64,000 bases of DNA, from the NCBI GenBank assembly GCA_964016885.1, contig OZ024740.1, positions 301,320,001 to 301,384,000 of the forward strand, read 5' to 3'. The translations under genes were made by a program, and so were the position numbers. Under the pieces are notes generated by a model. It did no database searches and was not told the DNA's origin. It saw only the letters and a list, made by a program, of their open reading frames with translations. Below, one piece after another: positions 15,888 through 28,315 of this stretch. Position 1 is the first letter of the stretch, and every line of letters begins with the position of its first letter. The DNA is from Eledone cirrhosa (taxonomy: Eukaryota).

Positions 15888-17226
15888 TGTTTTCTTATAT
15901 CAATGTTTAATGGGCTTCCACTGAAGATTTATAAGTGCCCACCTAAATATATTCTTACATAAGTATATATTAGGCTTCTACATAAACTGGAAACATTCTC
16001 CCAAACTTGTAGAAAACTTATAATGAAACAATTGTTTGGAAAGAGAGATATACTTTAACTTTAATCATATCTCATAAAATAATACAACTGGTTTTTTCAC
16101 ATTATACATATTGTTAGCACCCCAAACACTTAAATTGGGTTTACATTTCAATATAACCTAATGTTTGTTGAGTGAAATGGTTACCAGTCAGAGTTTAGCT
16201 TTAAACTATCTCTGTTATTTTATTAAATATTTACTCTTGATTGGCCAGAGGTGTTTATTTCCAGGTACCTTATGAATTTGACTTTCCGTATTTATTACTG
16301 TTGTGAAATATTGTGGCTTTTTTTGGTTGTAACTTCTCTGTTTTTTACCTAGGAAAATACTTATATATATGCCTACGTATATAATTACATGCATATATGT
16401 ATTTATTTTCTTTTATTAATTGAGTTCTTTACACGAGGAATTAATATTGGTTTTGAAATAACTAATTAACCCGCGTGTGTTTTATAGTTTACTCTTAATA
16501 ATTCGACCGGAGAATTATATTCCCATTTGCCCTTTATAGCATAACTTTCTGCATTTACTGCGGTTATGAGAAGCGCTTCTTATTCGGGTACAACTTCTGT
16601 TTTAGCCTAAGAAAATATCTATATGCGTGTGTAATTTATACAAGCATATATTTATTTTTTTATTTTCAATTGAGTTCTTAAACACGTTGGATTGATAATG
16701 TTTTCAAAAAAACTAATTAACCCGCGTGTATATTAATTTTTTTCCTCGTTTCGTGGGTTGTCTCCCCTTCCCGCTTCGTGTCGCTATGATACTTCCTCAG
16801 TCAAAAACTGGTGGAATTTCAAATTTGGCGGTCATTCGAGGTGAGAGAGAGCAACTTTACGGATATGATTTTTGACAGCGGTAAGAAATTGTTTTCTTAT
16901 ATCAATGTTTAATGGGCTTCCACTGATGATTTATAAGTGCCCACCTAAATATATTCTTACATGAATATATATTAGGCTTCTACATAAACTGGAAACATTC
17001 TCCCAAACTTGTAGAAAACTTATAATGAAACAATTGTTTGGAAAGAGAGATATACTTTAACTTTAATTATATCTCATAAAATAATACAACTGGTTTTTCC
17101 ACATTATACATATTGTTAGCACCCCAAACACTTAAATTGGGTTTACATTTTAATATAACCTAATGTTTGTTGTTGAGTGAGATGATTACCAGTCAGAGTT
17201 TAGCTTAAACTATCTCTGTTATTGTA

Positions 17227-17232
<6 letters not shown>
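15888..17232 (+). repeat. ~340-bp direct repeats (15888-16228 / 16889-17232) about 1 kb apart, with an internal ~150-bp duplication (16330-16480 / 16590-16730)
   Basis: TTGTTTTCTTATATCAATGTTTAATGGGCTTCCACTGA...AAACTATCTCTGTTATT occurs twice; the second copy ends in (TA)n. Confidence 0.92.
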
Positions 17233-17325
<93 letters not shown>

Positions 17326-17360
17326 TATACATATATATATATGTATACATATATATATAC

Positions 17361-17416
<56 letters not shown>

Positions 17417-17454
17417 GTGTATAAATTTATCTATATATCTATATACATATTTAT

Positions 17455-17885
17455 ATATGAAAGACGTAAAATAAGAAAATTTAAAAAATTAAAAATTAAC
17501 TTACTAAAATTTTCACTCCAACTAATTAGTTTCTGTAATGGGATAAATATAGTTACATAATATATATAACTATAGAGAATTCATTACGTCATCAGGAAGT
17601 CTATTCTCAGCTAAGTTCCCAGGCAATGCGCGGACACTAGGAACCCATATAAAAATAATAATTCAGTAGATGGAATGAAGCTAGCGAGGACTAAATTCCG
17701 GAGCACTGAAAACATTTCACTGTCTCTGGTCAGTGGCAGATTCTAAAGAATCAATCACGTGACACCGAGGTTAATCAGTTAGAAGCGGGGTGGTATTATG
17801 ACAAGAGCCTACTACTACCATTAAATAGCAGTAAATGTTGGCCAGTTTTGCTCAACAAATAATTTGGAGATAAATATAGAGAATT
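17455..17885 (-). mobile_element. Diverged solo copy of the 555-bp unit (about 430 bp), inverted, ending in (TA)n
   Basis: Its reverse complement aligns by eye to unit positions ~473-555 plus 1-365 (e.g. CACTCCAACTAATTAGTTTCTG, CCAGGCAATGCGCGGACACT, TTCTAAAGAATCAATCACGTGACA). Confidence 0.93.
17515..17600 (-). ncRNA. Hammerhead ribozyme motif homologous to the array HHR, with compensatory changes
   Basis: Minus strand reads ACTTC-CTGATGA-C-GTAATG...TATAGTTA/TAACTATA...CATTAC-A-GAAA-CTAATTAG-TT-GGAGT. Confidence 0.85.
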
Positions 17886-18747
17886 AGTACATATACATAT
17901 ATATATAGTATTAAGGATACTATTTATGGTTATGTATGTAATAAAATATTTTATGGTTATATATTTTTTATATACAAACCCTAAATAGTGAAAGATAGTC
18001 ATTAATTACTATCTTAAATTGTGTAACCTCTGTCTACTAGAGACCCATACTATCATTTCTCTAACCATAATCTCCTTAATAAAAATTCAGAAGTGTTCGC
18101 ATCTTGCCAACACCGCTTCCGACACTCTTTCCAAAACTTGAAACCCTATATATAACAATGTCAGACTGGAACCGTCACCACCCCCAGCAATTAGCAACAG
18201 TAGCACACCTCACACCTCATCTCCACACCCATTTATATACTCTAAAGGTAATACTGACAGCATCTACCCTGGGGATACTCCCATGTACTTCTAATTCTGA
18301 TATCTCGGCCGTGGATTACTTAAACTGCATTGCACAAATATATGATTAATATAAACTGTAGACACGGTATTGGTTGTGCTAACATAGTCCTGTGCATGGA
18401 GTGCCACCATGAGATAGATTGATGATTAAGTAGGTAATCTTATTATTATGTGACTATATATTCTATACGATCAGTACAATGAATTATGCACAGGTGATAC
18501 ATCAGTTAGGAGTCTCTGTGTTGCTTGATGACCTGACTAGTATCTTTTGATGAGAGAACGGGTCCCCGGACCACCCTGGTGAACTTACCGGGAATGCAGT
18601 CATACAATGACCCGAAACTTGCTGGGAGTCTTGTATGATAATAAGACCATTATTGGTAATAAGATCCTTATTAGTAGGGAGACCCTTATAATTAATTTTG
18701 TAGTCTGACTCTTCTTATGGATTGTCCAGGTGTGGCACTCCATATTA

Positions 18748-19062
18748 GATTGTAATCATCAGGATATGAACCCCTTTAGTACTTATTAATAGACTCCACT
18801 CTAATTTGTAGATAAGATACCTAATTTAATTTATATATGAGATGAGAGTTTATGTATTGCTTGGTGGCCAGACTGGTGACTTTATATGGGAGATTTGATC
18901 TCCAGATTGTAATCTTCATGATATGAACTCCTTTAGTACTTATTAATAGACTCCACTCTAATTTGTAGATAATATACCTAATTTAATTTATATATGAGAT
19001 AGGAGTTTATCTATTGCTTGATGGCCAGACTGGTGTCTTTATATGAGAGATTTGATCTCCAG
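18748..19062 (+). repeat. Tandem duplication of a ~157-bp unit, with a third degenerate partial copy at ~19250-19315
   Basis: AGATTGTAATC.TCA.GATATGAAC.CCTTTAGTACTTATTAATAGACTCCACTCTAATTTGTAGATAA...GAGATTTGATCTCCAG occurs twice. Confidence 0.92.
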
Positions 19063-19942
19063 AACACCCTGGAGATATTCAGATTTACCAAGGATTCAGA
19101 CATAAAACGACCCAGAGCTTACCGGGAGTCACATATAAAATAATAGGTCCATGCCAGGTCCTGCGGGAGGAATTACACTTACAAAGAACATTGATTTGGG
19201 GGTCTGACTCTTCTTATAGAATGTTCATCCTGAAGGTTCATCATAGAAGGTAATCATCCTGATATATACACCTTTAGTACATCTTAATAGACAACACTGT
19301 AACCTATAGATAAGTAACATAATCTAGAAATTAGTTATAACATCATATAATAGGCACTTATTTGAAACACCATTAATGTAATTTAGGATAATAAATTTAA
19401 CTAAGTAAACCAGCTAGTTACCTCCCCTTACGCATTAATTCCCCTTGGTCACATACACACTTCCGGAATATAGTATCATCACACAAAACTAAACAACATG
19501 ATATATTAATTAAGAATCGACAAGATACGGTTTATAACTTGGTTATATGCCGAACCATCGTGAATTATATGATAGACCCGTGGTCTATATATTGCGTCTC
19601 ATGGATTATGTGAGTGGTGGTGTGCGCGAAGACAGTGGTACTGTTTTGCCTACGATATAATATGTTTTATAATATGTTTGATATTTTTGATATTTTGGTG
19701 TTTCTCTACATTCGGGACTGTATATGATACAGGTTTATGCGAAAAAATGATTTAATAATTCAGCCCACATAATAATATCGATTGCCTGCTTCAACTGCCT
19801 GACCCTGCAAGTAACATTCTGACGCACTCTAATCCTGTATAAATAAGACACGCGTGCATGCTACACGTGAGATTGTTTCATACACTGACTACTCTAAACT
19901 TTCCTCTTGCTTTATCTTCATAGACTGCCAATGCTTCATTTA

Positions 19943-20004
19943 TATTTTTATTTTTATTTTTATTTTTATTTTTATTTTTATTTTTATTTTTATTTTTATT
20001 TTTA

Positions 20005-20035
<31 letters not shown>

Positions 20036-20240
20036 TTTATTTTTATTTTTATTTTTATTTTTATTTTTATTTTTATTTTTATTTTTATTTTTATTGTTAT
20101 TTTTATTTTTATTTTTATTTTTATTTTTATTTTTATTTTTATTTTTATTTTTATTTTTATTTTTATTTTTATTTTTATTTTTATTTTTATTTTTATTTTT
20201 ATTTTTATTTTTATTTTTATTTTTATTTTTATTTTTATCT
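19943..20240. repeat. (TTTTTA)n hexanucleotide repeat
   Basis: Direct read. Confidence 0.99.
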
Positions 20241-20382
20241 TTATCCTTTAACCTTTATATGTAAATTGCCATGCTATATCATTTTGATGGATGTCATCCC
20301 ACTGTGGACCAATATGTGCATATGTTTTTATATGTCTCTTGTGTTGAAAAGGAGGTCAAGTATGTTATAGATCACTAAATAG

Positions 20383-20835
20383 TTGTTCCGAAGAAGCCAA
20401 ACCTTGGTTTGGAGGAAACAAACATCTCCTATACCGCAGAATGACATACACCGCAAATGTAACTGCAAACGAAAGGCGGAATGCCCCCTGAAGGGGCTTT
20501 GCCTTATAAACAATAATGTCTATGCTTGTGAAGTAACAATTCCGACCTCTTCCAAGACATATATAGGATCTACATCGACCTCATTTAAGACTAGATACAA
20601 CTCCCATCGCTATACGTTTAGACATGATAGACTTAAGAATACCACAACCATGCCTAGTTACTTATCCCTCCTGAAGAGCACTGATACTCAATATCACACT
20701 TCATTGGAGAATAATCACTAAATCATGGCAGTACAGACCCCCTAGCAAGACCCGTGACCTTTGTCTCTGTGAGTCACACGCCAAACTAAACCTGTTAAAT
20801 AGGAAATCGGAAATCTCTTCTTGCCCGCACATAAA
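20383..20835 (+). pseudogene. Penelope-like element GIY-YIG endonuclease fragment (frameshifted)
   Basis: CNCKRKAECPLKGLCLINNNVYACEV...TYIGSTSTSFKTRYNSHRYTF, then in another frame CDLCLCESHAKL...LLNRKSEISSCPH. Confidence 0.85.
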
Positions 20836-21834
20836 TTTAGCTCCTTCTATTACTTTAGACCAATTAGCTAACGATGTAGGACTTGCACACCTCCCTCCTG
20901 TCAGGCCCACGTATAACCACGCCACCCTTGATCCTGGTTCCTCTGTAACCATAAGTGCCATTCAAGTGTATATAGGCTCCTCTCCTATTTTATTTCCCCT
21001 TTCCCCTCTCTCTTACTTTTTCTTCCTCTCTTCCCTAGTTGATATTATTACCACAAGCCAATAACCCATAGGGCACAACCTACTTAAGGCTTTCCACCAT
21101 ACGTAGCACCGTTTGACCCTATACAGGCACCTACCCACACTAACCAAAGGGATATGTTTTATAAACATACCCATTGTGCGCTAACTGATAGCACAGCCTA
21201 ATTGTCTGTCGAAAGTCCAACAAACTCCACCGCAGCTATAAAGCGGGTGACTAGGGCATCTGGGGTCCAGATAGCCTTGACGCTAGGGTGTGGGATAGAT
21301 CTAACATAGGAGCAAATGTTGTGGAATAGGCGCCACGGGATCGATCAAGCCCCGGAGGGAATAGGTAATTGGTCGCTGTGGGGTTTGAATCGAACAAATG
21401 ACTTGGCCCAAGCGCCCCGTGGATATCTAATGAATCCGCCCTTTATGACGCGAATTGCCTCCCATACTTTTCATAAGCACACTACGACTTCCTGAGTTTA
21501 TATTCTGACAAACGTTGTGTGTTACTAGAGAGAGGCTAACATTTCAAATTTTGAAATTGTTGAATATGAATTGGGCTGCAAATATGATGAATTATAGAAC
21601 AACACTCAAAGCAGTGTGTGACAGTAGATACTGACTTCCAGCCGACCTAGGAGGTGTCACACCTGATTGTCAAATGATTACAACCTCCGGATACAGTAAA
21701 CTACGCGAAAACCATGTGGCGGACAAGTAAACAACATAGTTCTCATTAACAGTTTTAGCCGTGAGATTTCTATATATTCTACAGAAATTTGCACTCACTC
21801 TAATAAATCCGCTTATTATTTTAACCATATCATA

Positions 21835-22025
21835 GGGCGGTGGATTGGCAGTATCGGTGGAGGGTCGGACGCCATGCTTTCCAGCATAGTTACGTCCCTT
21901 TACGATCTGAGATCAAATCCCGCCGAGGTTAATTTTGCCTTTCATCCTTACGGGGTCGATAAAATAAAGTACCAGTAATGCACTGGGTAATTGCTGGCCT
22001 TGTGCCAAAAGTAGAAACAATTATT
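21835..22025 (+). mobile_element. tRNA-derived SINE (octopod-like), full length
   Basis: A-box TGGCAGTATCGG, B-box-like GATCAAATC, core GCCTTTCATCCTTACGGGGTCGATAAAATAAAGTACCAGT, tail GTAGAAACAATTATT; flanking duplication TTATTTTAACCATATC. Confidence 0.9.
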
Positions 22026-23312
22026 TTAACCATATCTGCTTTTCCCTCACTCTGCCATAGGTAATTCCGTAAGGTGAGCTTTCTAGATACGTTCTCTGTC
22101 TATATGACGGAATAGCCATCACGATTTACATTTACTGTGGTATAATTGCATACGATATGACACTTTGGTTCGATGCCGACTCGGCCATGCAGTGAATTTT
22201 ACTTGGGATTTGGGGTTGAGTGACCGAATGTGGGGACTTTGGGAGATAGCAGTTAATGCGGACCTGTCTTACTTTCAATTTCCTCACTGGTGTTCCGGCT
22301 GTACATATACCCTACTTTTCTTTAACTCATCATACTTTACTTTATTTTAGATTAAAGGTGTTTATTACAGACTGCTTAGGCAGATAAATGTTTTGGAAAC
22401 ATAGTACTAAATCGCCTAAGGTTTGCAACTGGAACCAATGGATGTTGTTCGTAGGGTGCTGATATGATATGGAGACTCGACCTGTTACAAGGCGATATAA
22501 CTGGAGCACACGATCCTTCCTATAGACAATCCAACATGTAAACCTTCACCACCGCTGACCAACTATTCTTCTCACGGACTCATGCTTTCAAGCTCCCTTA
22601 ATCTGCCTGTACATCGTCTATTTACACTGCTTGTGAATTGATGTATCTTGACTTTGCTTTGTTTTGTTTTTTTGTTTCTTTGGTTATTTTGGGGTTTTTG
22701 GGGGGGGGTTTTCGTTGTTTTTGATCATGCTGAGTAACACCCTCACTCATTTCTTACTATCCTCTCCCAACCTCCTTATCAGTTATTGCACCATTTATGT
22801 GAAAACATATTTTATGTAAATTGTTTATGTAACTTTTTATGACATTTTATGACATTATGTGCGTCATGTATTGCGTCTTTTTCCATATAGTGCTGGCCTT
22901 GGGACCCCCCTACTGGTCCCTTAACCTTGTTCTGGTGACTGAGCTTGATGGAGCCTGCAACTTTTGATATACTCTTGTTTATATGCTCTGACGATTCCTG
23001 CCATATGGTATGGATGAAACAATGTATTTCTAAGCACTCTTTGGTTATTCCTAAACTTATAACGGCTCTGTAGTATACTTGTCATCCTACATTGGGCTAA
23101 AACCACACTGTCATACCAAGGGCAATATATCAGCGTGTCTGTACACATTGATATACTTGTCAACGAAACTATATATATATATATATATAGGAGGTGAGTT
23201 TTATTGTAGCACAATAAAGCAATGCAAATATCGGATAAGTAGCACTCAACAGTTTATAGGACTCGAGTATAAATAATATAAGATAGAAAGTTGGTTAAAA
23301 GAGTTCCATGTA

Positions 23313-23379
23313 TTTTATTATGCGCATTTCAAAAACACATATCATCATGGGATGATACTTGCGTTCTCATCAGATAAAA
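23313..23379 (-). ncRNA. Type-I hammerhead ribozyme motif in the inverted pLTR copy
   Basis: Minus strand reads TTTTAT-CTGATGA-GAACGCAAGTATCATC(CCAT)GATGATATGTGTTTTT-GAAA-TGCGCA-TA-ATAAAA: 6-bp helix I and palindromic helix III. The sister copy at 26218-26284 (+) has GGAA for GAAA. Confidence 0.85.
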
Positions 23380-23518
23380 TAGGGAGACATCATATGAAGT
23401 TTAAGAAACACTTGCGAGCAGTGAAGTGTTAAATCTACATATGAAATATGTAGATCTACATATGAAAAGGAGCGTTGTACCAAATATGATTTGGTAAAAC
23501 GCTCCTTTTTATATATCT

Positions 23519-24433
23519 ACTAGCAGTAAAGCCCGGCGTTGCTCGGTGTCGCTCAGTAGCTGTGTTAAAGTTACAATGTTAAGTTTCTTTCTTGGCTTAA
23601 AAACTGTAGTGTCTACTGTGCAGACTTGCATGTGGTGTTTTTGATTAATATTCCCTCAACCAACAATATGCCTTATGAAGTTAAGAAAACATAACGATAA
23701 CCCGAATGTTATAACAAAAGAGGATGCTGGGGATAGAAACTGCACTGGTTATTTATTAACAAAGATGGAAAATGTAAACACTGCAACGCAGAGAAAAACA
23801 TTAGCGTAACCAAATTATCAGTTATGTCTGTCTGCACACCTATATCACCTCTCTGCACGACTGTCTGTCTGCACGCCTATATCACCTCTCTGCACGACTG
23901 TCTGTCTGCACGCCTATATCACCTCTCTGCACGACTGTCTGTCTGCACGCGTATATCACCTCTCTGCACGACTGTCTGTCTGCACGACTGTCTGTCTGCA
24001 CGCCTAACGACGAAATATTTGCTTGTTTTACGTAGTCTTTAAATAGACTTGTTTTCAAGTAAAAATATTGTTTTAAAATGCTTTTAAATGGAAATGAAGC
24101 AAAACGGAAGCTTAGTGTTCGAACTGATGAATTTTGCAGGTCAATATTTTGCTGGCTCGACAACTGTTAAAGCCAGCGTAATTTTTTACGTAAGACGCTC
24201 AATGTAAACAGAACAAAGGGAAATAACTGATAACTTACGCTAAAAAATCGATACATTATATTCGATTTCGTCACATAGGGTGGGTCAATTTGAAATTTTT
24301 TTTTCCGATGTCTTCGCTAGGGCTCAATGTACAAGTATAGCAATTTCGGTGCAATTCCGTGAGAGATTCTAAGAGGAGATGTGGGCCAAAAATCGATAGA
24401 CACACAGACAACCACAGTTTTATATATATAGAT
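23519..24433 (+). mobile_element. Helentron/DINE-1-like non-autonomous element nested in the PLE
   Basis: 5' end ACTAGCAGTAAAGCCCGGCGTTGCTCGG, 3' end GACACACAGACAACCACAGTTTTATATATATAGAT, and an internal minisatellite, an architecture typical of HINE/DINE-1-like elements. Confidence 0.65.
23826..24005 (+). repeat. 31-bp minisatellite (TGTCTGTCTGCACGCCTATATCACCTCTCTGCACGAC-type)
   Basis: About 4 full units plus partial units; unit length is approximate (31-37 bp). Confidence 0.9.
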
Positions 24434-24444
24434 TACTAGTAATA

Positions 24445-25272
24445 TTCCTAAACTATTGTTTAATGCCTTAGATAAATGCTTCCCTCTCTCACATATCTAT
24501 CGTAAGATCTTTAACAAACCTACAATCACATTCTCTTATTACGCCACCTCCAACATCTCGAACATTATCTTTAAACATAATAATAAAATATTAAATAATA
24601 AATGATATCCATCCAACACTGAGCGTCATATAATAGCAATAGTAAATCCGACGTCAATGTTAACTCTAGGCTATATTCAGTAAATGTATATACGACGTCA
24701 AGCGTAACTTTGTCGAATGTTCATAACACCAATCTAAATCAGGAAACTTTAGCACCTATCGTAAATAACTTCTCCAATCCATTTCCTTCTATAAATAATA
24801 CTAGGTCACTTGTTAATAACTCCGGTAATTTCTCTAATCGTAATTATAATTGCCCTGTTAGAACGAAATGTCCTCTCAATAACCAATGTCTTGATAACAA
24901 TTTAGTGTATGAATGTAAGGTTATAACTGGTACTAATTTTTTTACCTATTTTGGTTCCACTTCTACTTCCTTTAAAGCAAGATTTTATAATCACAATTCG
25001 TGTTTTAAATACCAACTTAAAAGAGCTAACACGGCACTCTCAGAACTCATATGGTCCTTAAAAGACAAAAATATTAACTACAACATTTCTTTGGGGAAGG
25101 TTTGAAACACCTCTCCTTACCGGGTTTCCTCCCTATCCAGAACATGTTATCTCTGCCTAGCCGAGAAATTTACCATTATCTCTAATTTTAATTCTATAAT
25201 AAATAGACGTGCGGATTTATTTTTGCTCTGCTTGCATAAATCCCATAGAACATTCCATAAAGTATACAGCTA
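24445..25272 (+). pseudogene. Penelope-like RT-thumb/linker plus GIY-YIG endonuclease remnant
   Basis: LDKCFPLSHIYRKIFNKPTITFSYYATSNISNIIFKHNNKIL; YNCPVRTKCPLNNQCLDNNLVYECKV...TYFGSTSTSFKARFYNH; C-terminal CYLCLAEK...INRRADLFLLCLHK; contains stops and frameshifts. Confidence 0.9.
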
Positions 25273-26309
25273 ATATCTCACTACCTAATTAGCTTAAAAT
25301 CTTCTTTCCTCAAACGCTTTTATATCTTTTACAAATATACCCATCTTTCTACCTTATTTTAGTATATTATATTATACAATTTACTCATTCTATGTCGTTA
25401 GCGGTCCCCTATTTTTCTTCTTTTTTAACCTTTTTTTCCTTTTCTCCTTTTTTCTTTTTTAATTTCTAATCTTTAATCTGTAACTTTTACTTCTCAATTA
25501 CTTCTTAATTCATATTATTGGCCATACATACTATATTTTTAATATATACTAATATTACCATTAGTAAATTTTGTAAACATATATTTTTTTTTTACTTTAT
25601 ATATTTTCTCTTCCTTAAATTTTCTTCTTTCTTCTCTCCTTCTATGCTCGTATTAAACCTATTATTTACTTGTTCATATTACAATACATAGAAACAAACT
25701 TAGACCCTAACTAATTCCTCTAAGCTCATAATTCATTTAATCTCTTTTTCATTCACCTTATATCCTTAATATTTTTATTTTAATAATACATTCCTTTTCG
25801 CACATATTAAACCCTTCAATATATAAACCTTAAATAAATACTATACTTAATTCATTTTTCTTTAATCATAAACATCACCATTCATAAACCTCATTAACTT
25901 TTAATTTCAAATTTTTTTTTCATATTATGTATTATCTTACAACGGTGTTTTTTTTTTTTATTTCTCTCTGTGAGACAGTGTTTCTCAGTATTGAAGTCTA
26001 TCTCTCTCTCCAACTCATTTCTCCTCCTCTATCAATCTTCCTTCTTATACTCCTCCCCCGTCATCCTTTATTTTCTTTCTTCCTCTTCCTTAGCTTTTCC
26101 TTCCCCCTTCCTTCTTTTATTCCAACCTCATATATCAATCTTATTTTATTTTTCATATGTAGATTTAACACTTCACTGCTCGCAAGTGTTTTTTAAACTT
26201 CATATCATGTCTCCCTATTTTATCTGATGAGAACGCAAGTATCATCCCATGATGATATTTGTTTTTGGAATGCGCATACTAAAATACATGGAACTCTTTT
26301 AACCATCTT

Positions 26310-26386
<77 letters not shown>

Positions 26387-26626
26387 ATATATATATATAT
26401 ATGTATATACATATATATGTATATACATATATACACATATATATGTATATACATATATAAATATGCATATATGTATATATATGTATATACATATACATAT
26501 ATATACATATATATGTATATAAATATATATACACATATATGTATATATATACATATATATATATATATGGTTATGTTTATATGTATATACATATTAATAT
26601 GTATATGCACACACACACACACACAT

Positions 26627-26717
<91 letters not shown>

Positions 26718-26720
<3 letters not shown>

Positions 26721-28176
26721 GATATTAATAAATGGAAACTATATTTATAAAACCATATTTATTTCATTGTACATATTTCAGGGATACCACATTAAATTAT
26801 GGTATGCCTTCATCAGACAAAATACAATATATAACAGTTTTACAAATAGCTTTGACGTACCCTTTTAAAATGCAACCATTAGTTTTGGAGGTTGTCTGGA
26901 TAGTGATTTGTTTATATTATTTTAATAAGTCATAGTGTTAAGCACAATTAGAAAAAGACGGAGAGAAAGAAAAAAAGAAAAAAGATGGAGAGAGAGAAAG
27001 AAAACCTGGAGAAATATCGGAGAGAGAGAAATGTATGGAGAAAAGAAAGAGATAAATAAAGATAGGAGGAAATAAAAAAGAAAGAAAAAAGGAAGAAATA
27101 AGAAAAACAAAGGAAAGCAACAGAGAGATATCAAGTCATCATACAGATATAAAAACTCAAGAGAGAGAAATACTATATATAGAGAGCGGGAGACAATGAA
27201 AACTTTACGTCATATCATATTAAGTTGAGTTAACAATTTATATGAAATGAATAATAAAAATATAAATATCAATATTCATGAATGGGATATAGATATATAA
27301 TATGAGAAATAAAACATTGTTCAATAATGAATATATGTTTAGTTTAAAAACTTGAGATCAATATACCAAAATCTGAGTTAAATCGTTCAAAATGTACCCT
27401 TGCTAAAGAGATCAGTATCTTATGCAAAGACATACAAATGTATATGTGTGTATATATATATATATACACATACGCACGTCCTGAAAATAGAAATTCTGTT
27501 TACTCAGGCCAACAATATAGCCATACAAAACGTAAATGATTTCTCTTAATCACTGCTATACATTCCTTGTTTTATAAAAAGTTCACAGTATATATACATA
27601 AATATATACGATTAATATTCATGTCCTCATATATACGATTACCATTCACGTATTTAATATTATGCATATCTGCAACATACCTCTCACCCACATATATATA
27701 TACACATACATATATACACATACATATGTATAAATAAATATTTGAGTGCGTCCTCCTGCATCGCTCATGTATATATACAGAAATATATACAAACACAAAA
27801 AACCTATAGCACTTTATATGCATGTTTCTTTTTTATTTCCTCCAATCTTTATTTATCTCTTTCTTTTCTCCATACATTTCTCTCTCTCTCCGATATTTCT
27901 CCAGGTTTTCTTTTTTTCTTTTTTTCTTTCTCTCCGTCTTTTTCTAATTGTGCTTAACACTATGACTTATTAAAATAATAGAAACAAATCACTATCCAGA
28001 CAGCCTCCAAAACTAATGGTTGCATTTTAAAAGGGTACGTCATAGCTATTTGTAAAACTGTTATATATTGTATTTTGATGATGAAGGCATACCATAATTT
28101 AATGTGGTATCCCTGAAATATGTATAATGGAATAAATGTGGTTTTATAATTATAGTTTCCATTTATTAATATCGTA
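26718..28176. mobile_element. Fold-back element: ~360-bp inverted arms (26718-27083 / 27825-28176), each with a decayed HHR
   Basis: The arms are reverse complements (ORF-track peptides ending LIVLNTMTY appear on both strands). Consensus TATTTTGT-CTGATGA-AGGCATACCATA..TGTGGTATCCCT-GAAA-TATGTA-TA-ATGGAATA at 26760-26824 (-) and 28071-28134 (+). Confidence 0.85.
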
Positions 28177-28262
28177 TATCTACTCCAAAAACTTGTCGAG
28201 TGCTTTATATCAGTTATAAAATTATTTACTTGTTGTATCCCAACAACTTTAAATAGAACTTT

Positions 28263-28301
<39 letters not shown>

Positions 28302-28315
28302 ACATATATATATAT

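Larger units (their letters stand above)
23281..26310 (+). mobile_element. 5'-truncated Penelope-like element with inverted terminal (pLTR) copy
   Basis: 23281-23446 is the reverse complement of ~26150-26310, and both carry the HHR. The interior holds the GIY-YIG remnant and a long pyrimidine-rich 3' region; the 3' end abuts (TA)n. Confidence 0.85.

Noticed and set aside
21835-21935. tRNA gene
   Set aside because: The A and B boxes belong to a multi-copy SINE head with an extended spacer and no cloverleaf.
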